Shown here: one piece after another, positions 38,501-44,167 of the stretch
Numbering within the stretch: position 1 is the first letter of the stretch
Layout of the letters: every line of letters starts with the position of its first letter
Program-made: the position numbers and the translations under genes
DNA from: an uncultured Bacilli bacterium
GTDB lineage: Bacteria; Bacillota_I; Bacilli_A; RF39; UBA660
NCBI GenBank assembly: GCA_947628275.1
Contig: CANQZD010000045.1
Location: 1-44,167, forward strand
Direction: 5' to 3'
Length of the DNA stretch: 44,167 nt
Notes under the pieces: model-generated
What the model saw: only the letters and a program-made list of their open reading frames with translations
Told to the model about the DNA's origin: nothing
Databases searched by the model: none

Positions 38501-38644
38501 ATCAATATGCCGACCATTTTTTAATAAATTAATAACTCTTGCAGTTAAAACACTTGTTTTACCAGAACCAGCCCCCGCACTTACTAAAATATTCTTACCT
38601 GTTTTTTTAATTGCTTGCCACTGCATCGCTGAGTAGTTCATCAT
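35561..38644 (-). CDS. addA: ATP-dependent helicase/nuclease subunit A
   Basis: AGAGSGKT, TFT, DEYQD, VGDIKQSIY.FR, HASKGLEF and YVALTR motifs. C-terminal GIID..IDYK nuclease. Confidence 0.9.
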   Translation of the reverse strand: MMNYSAMQWQAIKKTGKNILVSAGAGSGKTSVLTARVINLLKNGRHIDELLILTFTNAAAQEMKERIRQAISKEDDLQDELLKLDESFICTFDSFALFLVKKYHCLLNLPSNPKISDNTLIDILQKECMREVFDSYYTKEDVNFFKLIESFCVKDDDNLLNEFLNIAKKLELKLDVQEYLDNYLINYYNDEYFEKLFNEYEQIVLNKVQEIENIVEEVSYIDKNYCDKLNDALQNLFKAQGYSDVKLLSGIVLPRLSKDASLELKMVKDDISATLKELKNLVKFGFKDDLKEDYFKTKDNTSVLINILKDYFQLYEEKKTLLGYFDFTTIFKIAYYLVKIHPHILGELKEQFKEIMVDEYQDTNDLEEAFINLIGQDNIYMVGDIKQSIYRFRNANPNLFKEKYELYKDEKNGYKIDLIDNFRSRKEVLTNINLLFNPLMSDALGGANYFLEHQMVFGNKSYEEIKDNCDYNMEIISYEPSKEYLKEELEAFYIANDIKKRILNKEKVVSNKTLREIKYEDFCILMDRGSDFLLYQKIFNYLGIPIHAYYDEQIKSNIHFQTLKNAFLLINKMADKEKDEDFKMAFVTLARGFLFNLTDEEIYQIVTNNLYYDSEVIKTFKPVLLGIDAKPLRIILDEILEVTNYYEKMISIGNINDGMVLVDYFKNFVIECSRFGYTYEDFTNYLNNLVDYKLELKYRFEKKNDNCVKLMTIHASKGLEFPVCYYSGLYKKFNLADIKEHFLYSKKYGLVSSIDKEGIYTTFVKELVKNNFYMEEISEKIRLFYVALTRSKEKMIFLLPNNDKLVLNSKITDNIKLKARSFADFLALLKKYYQPYIKQVDDIKVSKAYLTPKTKEIKKVEASKLMVMELEKDNNREEQKTFSKKTNELNTLQELENMKLGTKFHETLQYLDFNKPRLDLISDNFIRNKIKVFLDSEIIKNSLSDKIFHEYEFISSNEDELLHGIIDLLIVKENEILIIDYKLQNVSSKEYLTQLKGYKEYIVKTFKKPVKTYLYSIILESFNLLDI

Positions 38645-40946
38645 CTTCACCTCCTATAAAATCTGGTTTAACTATTTTTTCATAAACAATATCTAGTCCA
38701 TCATAATTACAAATAGCTTCATAAGGACAAAATTCACAACCAACATTTTTATTACCAATATTTTTAGGCGCAATTTTAAAATTGCCATTAAAAATTTCTT
38801 CAACTGTTTCTTTTATCTTTTGTTCAGTAAATAAATTCATTTTAGCTAACTCATCTTTGCTCATTACTTTGGCATATTTATAAAAACCTTTCGCTGACTT
38901 TTTTAAACCCTTAATTACTTTACTATCAAAATAACTACTATCAAATTTGCTCAAAGCTTCTTCATCACTAATACTATAACCTTCCAAATAATACTCTTTT
39001 TCTTCTAATTCTTTTCTTTGATGTTTTAAATCAGCACTAACTAAAGAAGGAATTACTTTTTGCAAATAAAAACCCACTAATTCATAATCTTTAAATTGTG
39101 ATTTACTAAGTAAATAAGCATAAATAGGCAATTGCATCCCAATTCCATAATTAATTAAATTAAAATCAATTTTAGGACTACCCGTTTTATAATCAATTAC
39201 ACTTATTCGCTGTTCATCATAATAAAATTTATCAATAAAACCTTTAAAAATAATATCATGATTTAATAAAACTTCAATTTTAACTTCACATAACACATTT
39301 TTAAGACTTGAATATGCTTCTTGTCTTTTAATTTCCTCAATAACTCTTCTTAAATTATTTGCTAATTTATTAAAGAAAAATTCTTCTTTCTTTGAATTAC
39401 TAAAATTATTCTTTTCTTCTAAAACCAATTTTTCAAAATCAAAATCTAGTTCATAAAATTGTTCTAAAACATGATGATAAAAATTCCCAACACTTTGAAA
39501 AAAAGTAGGATTAGATTTATTTATTTTTAAAACATTATTTAAATAAAAACGAAAAGGACAACGATTATATAAATCTAAACTAGAATATGATAATGTATTA
39601 ATTGGCTTAATTATATTAAATTTTTTAAATTGATGATTAAAACTTTTATAAGAACAATCTTTATAAGCCGGATATAATTGTTCTAAAGAAGAATCCCACA
39701 CTCCATATTCATAATAAAGATCCATATTTGCCGCAAAAGTAAGTTTATTAAATAAATGAGAATTTTCATAATTAGGTTTAATATCAATTTCTTTTAAATA
39801 ATTTTCTTTTATAACTGGAGCTAAATAAAATTTACCATCATCCAAAGCACTTAAAGAAATAGTTAAATTAGAATAATAGTTTAATCTTTTTATCGTATCT
39901 TGCAAAATATTTTGATTTTCCTCTAAAATACTTAATAAATTTAAATTACTTCTTTCTTTATCCGTTAAATATTCATAATTCTTAACTAAATTAGGAAAAC
40001 AAGATTCTCGAGCATTTACTAAAAATATATAAGCATCCCTATCAACTTCACCCGTCAAAAAATCAAAATCTCTAATACAGTTTTTAGGAATATCAATTTT
40101 AATAGTTAAACTTTTCAAAGAGTCTAAAACATAATTATAAAATTCCGTATTTACTTCTAAAGCTAAATATTTATTAGCAAAATTAATCAAAGCATTATAT
40201 ACTTTTTCTTCAAAATGATTCTTTAAATTTTTTTTTAATTCAGCAAAAATACTTTGCCAATCTTCCTTAATATGTTTAACAAAATATTTTACAATTTTAG
40301 TTGAATATACATTTAAAGTCATCGTAAAAGAAAAATTCAAATTAAAGAAATGACCATAAGTTAAAAATAAATTACGATATTCCTCATCAACATTAGTTAA
40401 ATATATTTTTTCATAAGGAACACCTTTTTTAATTAAATCTACTATTAGATTACAAATATTACTTACTTCTTCTCTTTTTTTTAATGTTTTAAAATAAACC
40501 AAAGAATTACTCTCTAGTTCTATATTTTCTTCCCAAACTTTAGTTAATAAAGAACACTTTAAATATAAAATATTAACAATATTAGTTTTTACTAAATGAT
40601 AAAAACATAATTCATAATTTTTTAACCATTCTTTAAATAAAGGATTAACTACAAGCAAATTGTTTTCTTCTAATTCTTTTTTTAAATTTGCTAAAAAAAT
40701 AACTTTATCATTATCATAATTATTATCATTAACATAATAGATATTTTCTAAATAAATTTTAGCTATTTCTTTAGAGATATGATACTTACTAACAAGATAA
40801 AATAATGTCTCTTCTGTATAATCAAAAATAAGTTGTTTTTTTAATTCACTTATAGACATTACTAAAGAATCTAAATCATTATTACCTCTTAATTTATTTA
40901 ATAAATATAGTTTATTATTATCACTTGTTATATATATTTTCTGCAT
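38607..40946 (-). CDS. addB: AddB/RexB-like PD-(D/E)xK nuclease subunit
   Basis: SYS.L..Y..CPF, GFID..IDYK, QL.IY and CEFCPY..IC motifs. Overlaps the addA start. Confidence 0.85.
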   Translation of the reverse strand: MQKIYITSDNNKLYLLNKLRGNNDLDSLVMSISELKKQLIFDYTEETLFYLVSKYHISKEIAKIYLENIYYVNDNNYDNDKVIFLANLKKELEENNLLVVNPLFKEWLKNYELCFYHLVKTNIVNILYLKCSLLTKVWEENIELESNSLVYFKTLKKREEVSNICNLIVDLIKKGVPYEKIYLTNVDEEYRNLFLTYGHFFNLNFSFTMTLNVYSTKIVKYFVKHIKEDWQSIFAELKKNLKNHFEEKVYNALINFANKYLALEVNTEFYNYVLDSLKSLTIKIDIPKNCIRDFDFLTGEVDRDAYIFLVNARESCFPNLVKNYEYLTDKERSNLNLLSILEENQNILQDTIKRLNYYSNLTISLSALDDGKFYLAPVIKENYLKEIDIKPNYENSHLFNKLTFAANMDLYYEYGVWDSSLEQLYPAYKDCSYKSFNHQFKKFNIIKPINTLSYSSLDLYNRCPFRFYLNNVLKINKSNPTFFQSVGNFYHHVLEQFYELDFDFEKLVLEEKNNFSNSKKEEFFFNKLANNLRRVIEEIKRQEAYSSLKNVLCEVKIEVLLNHDIIFKGFIDKFYYDEQRISVIDYKTGSPKIDFNLINYGIGMQLPIYAYLLSKSQFKDYELVGFYLQKVIPSLVSADLKHQRKELEEKEYYLEGYSISDEEALSKFDSSYFDSKVIKGLKKSAKGFYKYAKVMSKDELAKMNLFTEQKIKETVEEIFNGNFKIAPKNIGNKNVGCEFCPYEAICNYDGLDIVYEKIVKPDFIGGEDDELLSDAVASN

Positions 40947-40983
40947 ATCCTCACCAAAAATATTGTATCACAAAAAAAGAAGT

Positions 40984-41982
40984 TTACCTAACAAATTGCT
41001 TGCACTTTTCTAACCACAATAAATATTCATCAAGACAATTCATTATTTCTTCTTCACTTTGACATAAACAAATTTTTTGTTTCATTTCTTTACTATTTGG
41101 CATTCCTTTTAAATAAAACAAAATATTTGATCTAATTTCTAATAAAGCAGCTTTTAAAGATTTATCATTTTTTAATAAATTAAAATGTTTTTTCATCATT
41201 GCCACTTTTTCTTCATTTGTCGGAGCAGCTATTACTATACCTTTATCTAAATATTCTACACATTCTTTAATTAACCACGGATTACCTAAAACTCCTCTTC
41301 CAATCATCACCGCATCACAACCAGTTTCATCTAACATTTTCTTGGCCAAAATGGGACTTGTAACATCACCATTACCAATAACAGGAATTCTTACATTTTC
41401 TTTAACTTCTTTAATAATTTGCCAGTTAGCTTTACCACTATAACCCTGACTTCTAGTTCTAGCATGAACACAGATTGCACTAGCCCCAGCTTCTTCACAT
41501 TTTCGAGCTACTAAAACCGCATTAATTGAAGAATCATCCCAACCACTTCTAATTTTAACTGTTACCGGAACATTAACAGCTTCTACAACATTTTTAACAA
41601 TTTCATATATTTTATCCGGATTTTTAAGTAAAGCACTCCCAGCTTGAGCTCCTACCGCTACTTTCGGAACTGGACAACCCATATTAATATCAATAATATC
41701 AGGATGCATCTTTTCTTCAACAATTCTTGCTGCTTCAACAAAAGATGAAACATCACTTCCAAATATCTGCTGAGCAATTGGTCTTTCTTCATCACTCATT
41801 TTTAAAAGTTTTAATGTTTTCTCATTTTGATAAACTAAAGCTTTATCACTTACCATTTCCGCATAAATAAGCCCAGCACCCATTTGCTTAATTATTTTTC
41901 TAAAACTAGTATTAGAATAACCAGCCATCGGAGCCAAGACAATCTGATTCTTAATTTTTACATTTCCAATCTTCCATTCCAT
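40984..41982 (-). CDS. dusB: tRNA-dihydrouridine synthase DusB
   Basis: LAPMAG, DINMGCP, VKIRSG, HART, GNGD and MIGRG..GNPW motifs. Confidence 0.95.
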   Translation of the reverse strand: MEWKIGNVKIKNQIVLAPMAGYSNTSFRKIIKQMGAGLIYAEMVSDKALVYQNEKTLKLLKMSDEERPIAQQIFGSDVSSFVEAARIVEEKMHPDIIDINMGCPVPKVAVGAQAGSALLKNPDKIYEIVKNVVEAVNVPVTVKIRSGWDDSSINAVLVARKCEEAGASAICVHARTRSQGYSGKANWQIIKEVKENVRIPVIGNGDVTSPILAKKMLDETGCDAVMIGRGVLGNPWLIKECVEYLDKGIVIAAPTNEEKVAMMKKHFNLLKNDKSLKAALLEIRSNILFYLKGMPNSKEMKQKICLCQSEEEIMNCLDEYLLWLEKCKQFVR

Positions 41983-41985
41983 AAT

Positions 41986-42543
41986 CTAAAACCTAATTTC
42001 TACTTCATCACCATTTTTAAGTAAAAAAGCATTAGCTTCATCACGGTCAATATGTAAATCCATAACCCCATTATCTTTTACCTTAACAAATGCTTTAATA
42101 ATTCCTTTACGTTCCTTATCAATTACCACATCAATCATTTGATCATCAACTAAATTTAATTTTCTAGCTTCACTAGGATTTAAATGTAAATGAGCTTTAG
42201 CTAAAATACAACAACTATTAAGTAATACTTTTTTTCCATTAGCTTCAACATAAACACTTTCACTATTAGCCAAATCCCCACTTTTTCTAACCGGAGGATT
42301 TATTCCTAAAACATAAGCATCACTTGCTGATATTTCTACTTGATTATAAGAACGACAAGGCCCCATAACTCTTACATGAGCAATCTCTCCAGAATTTGTT
42401 TTTAAAGTAACATAATCAGTAGAAGCATACTCATTATTTTGACTTATCATAAAATCTTTAACCATTTCTTTATTAAATAATTTATCATATACATCTTTAG
42501 TTAAATGAACATGACGATTACTAATACTAACTTTTATTTTCAC
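41986..42543 (-). CDS. pduL: PduL-type phosphotransacylase
   Basis: SNRHVHL, GP.R...QVEIS, R.SG, HLH and HID.DEANA motifs. GTG start 42543. Confidence 0.9.
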   Translation of the reverse strand: MKIKVSISNRHVHLTKDVYDKLFNKEMVKDFMISQNNEYASTDYVTLKTNSGEIAHVRVMGPCRSYNQVEISASDAYVLGINPPVRKSGDLANSESVYVEANGKKVLLNSCCILAKAHLHLNPSEARKLNLVDDQMIDVVIDKERKGIIKAFVKVKDNGVMDLHIDRDEANAFLLKNGDEVEIRF

Positions 42544-42578
42544 AAAAATCACCTATCAAAATTATACAATATTAAAAA

Positions 42579-42606
42579 AAAATACGCACTTATAAATACG
42601 TATTTT
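42579..42606 (-). terminator. terminator after srtB
   Basis: AAAATACG...CGTATTTT stem with a T run on the minus strand. Confidence 0.45.
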
Positions 42607-42615
42607 GACATTATA

Positions 42616-43374
42616 TTAATTAATTTTTTTAGCAACAACAACCATTCGTCCATTCTCCTGTGAATACTCACAAGTAATTAAAGTTATTAATTGTTCCCCA
42701 AAATGAGCATCAACACCAGTTGAATAAAGTTCCAAAGCTTTACTATTATCAATAAATTCATTATACTTTTTTTCATCACTCAAATCATTATAATAATAAT
42801 ATCTAAAAACATCTTGTTCATCTTGATAAAACACCCTTGATTTAAAAACCGTTACTATTTCATACTTTCTTGCTTCATTATTAGTATATATTTCAATTAT
42901 ATTATGACTATCATAATATTCTTTATTAACATAATTTAATAAATTTTGAAACATCTCTTGATCTTTCATACTATGCCCATAAATTATCACATTAGAATTA
43001 ACATCATTTAAATTAGAATTATTATCAATAAATATCGAACCATAACTACTATATTCCTTTTGATAATTATGATTTAAATAATAATCATTATCACTTCCCT
43101 GTAATAATGGATAATTAATTTTAGTGTCATTAATTTTAATCCATCCCTTAACATCTTCATTTTCTTTTTGTAAATCTATAACTGTATTAAAAATGGTTTG
43201 ATTTACATCTTCTTCACTAGAATTAATTTCTATATTAAAAATATTTTCTTGCAATTCTTGATTTATTTTTTTATCTCTAAAATTGATAAAAACAAAATAA
43301 GATAAACAACCAATTAATATTACTAAAATAATACTAAGCCCCATAATTTTATATTTTTTCTTAATTTTCATCAA
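42616..43374 (-). CDS. srtB: class B sortase
   Basis: N-terminal TM, GWI...INYP, DN.YYL, IYGH, TLITC and downstream Arg. Confidence 0.92.
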   Translation of the reverse strand: MMKIKKKYKIMGLSIILVILIGCLSYFVFINFRDKKINQELQENIFNIEINSSEEDVNQTIFNTVIDLQKENEDVKGWIKINDTKINYPLLQGSDNDYYLNHNYQKEYSSYGSIFIDNNSNLNDVNSNVIIYGHSMKDQEMFQNLLNYVNKEYYDSHNIIEIYTNNEARKYEIVTVFKSRVFYQDEQDVFRYYYYNDLSDEKKYNEFIDNSKALELYSTGVDAHFGEQLITLITCEYSQENGRMVVVAKKIN

Positions 43375-43388
43375 CTATACCTTCTTAC

Positions 43389-43414
43389 AAAAAAAAGGTG
43401 AAATATTCACCCTT
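43389..43414 (-). terminator. intrinsic terminator between the surface-protein gene and srtB
   Basis: AAAGGTGAA-N3-TTCACCTTT hairpin followed by a T run on the minus strand. Confidence 0.7.
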
Positions 43415-43416
43415 TA

Positions 43417-44166
43417 TTAATCCTTAATTTTAATAACTAAAGTTAATAAACTTAAAGTCATAAGTGTTAAGATACTTAATACCATCATTATATTATTATT
43501 TCCTGTTTTTGGAACATCGTCTAAAACTCTATTTTCATCTTTAATGGCTACTAAGAATGGTGAAAGTTCATTTACATTAATATCAATTTTACCATCAACA
43601 ATTTCTTTTTGAACTTCTTGATAAGTACCATCTTTCTTTAAATGTAAAACTAAAGCTTGTTTACCATTATACTCTTTACCAACTGTAAATACAATGTTAA
43701 TGCCATTTTTAATTTCGCCTTTTACTACATGTAATTCATAAGTATTTAAAATATTACCATATCCTTTTTTCTTAGCTGTTTCAACAATATTTAAATAATC
43801 TTTACTAGTATCATCAAGTGCTTCTGCAGCAATAGCAACATCAGTATCTTTAGAAGTATCAACAGTAACATTACTAATTACTTCATTTACATAAGAAGTT
43901 GTATCCTCATTACCATAAATATGAATATGGAAATTTTTAGCAGCATATACAATATCATTTTTTATGAAATATAAAGTGCTTCGATTATAATATTCATCTA
44001 CCTCACCACTACCTTTATGAGTTCCAATTACAATTTTTACGCCTAAATCATTAGCCATTTTAGCAGCGCGTCCTTCAATAGATAAATTATAACGCATTTG
44101 AGCATCATTAATATTAAAAGTAGATGTTGTATCTTCTAAAGCAACTTTAGATAGATAATCTTCAAT
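43417..44166 (-). CDS. cell-wall-anchored surface protein (5' part outside window), probable SrtB substrate
   Basis: The frame is open to the window edge. C-terminal VPKTG, hydrophobic helix and KIK tail. Confidence 0.85.
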   Translation of the reverse strand: MEDYLSKVALEDTTSTFNINDAQMRYNLSIEGRAAKMANDLGVKIVIGTHKGSGEVDEYYNRSTLYFIKNDIVYAAKNFHIHIYGNEDTTSYVNEVISNVTVDTSKDTDVAIAAEALDDTSKDYLNIVETAKKKGYGNILNTYELHVVKGEIKNGINIVFTVGKEYNGKQALVLHLKKDGTYQEVQKEIVDGKIDINVNELSPFLVAIKDENRVLDDVPKTGNNNIMMVLSILTLMTLSLLTLVIKIKD

Positions 44167-44167
44167 T

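Noticed and set aside
31705-40946. SNF2 + UvrD helicase + PD-(D/E)xK nuclease as an anti-phage defence island
   Set aside because: Fully explained by housekeeping addBA and the common SWIM-SNF2 protein. No methylase, toxin or mobility genes.
1-44167. CRISPR array, IS element, rRNA, riboswitch, or genetic code 4
   Set aside because: No spaced direct repeats, transposase or long structured leader seen by eye. TGA ends intact genes (e.g. khpA, the P-type ATPase) and long ORFs are uninterrupted under code 11.

Overview
AT-rich, gene-dense chromosomal segment from a streamlined Bacillota (Bacilli-like) bacterium using the standard genetic code (TGA is used as stop). The gene content resembles uncultured RF39-type gut Bacilli, which is an inference. 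Most genes are housekeeping: lexA, rhomboid, lspA-rluD, M18 aminopeptidase, dut, nrdDG, tRNA-Arg(CCG), rseP-cdsA, rpsP-khpA, rpoZ, rluB, SWIM-SNF2 helicase, addBA, dusB, pduL, and sortase B with its substrate. No CRISPR array, IS or prophage is visible. Four things stand out. (1) A tightly coupled five-gene operon at 26304-31578 encodes a zinc-ribbon/TM/HExxH metallopeptidase split by a -1 frameshift at an A_AAU_UUU heptamer, a zinc-ribbon single-TM microprotein, a SERCA-like P-type ATPase, a small membrane-anchored protein and an ADP-ribosyltransferase-like orphan. This is the best candidate for an undescribed system. (2) A sporulation cluster (cotE, yutH, yutD, yunB, signal-less M23 peptidase) has CATAnnnT promoters, including a near-identical 26-nt leaderless module before yutH and yunB. 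(3) A Cys-free Crp/Fnr regulator lies divergent from nrdDG with a perfect 20-bp operator at a class II position. (4) An SOS-boxed promoter divergent from lexA opens on a 5-codon ORF and a hairpin. All family calls come from motif recognition by eye; no searches were run.
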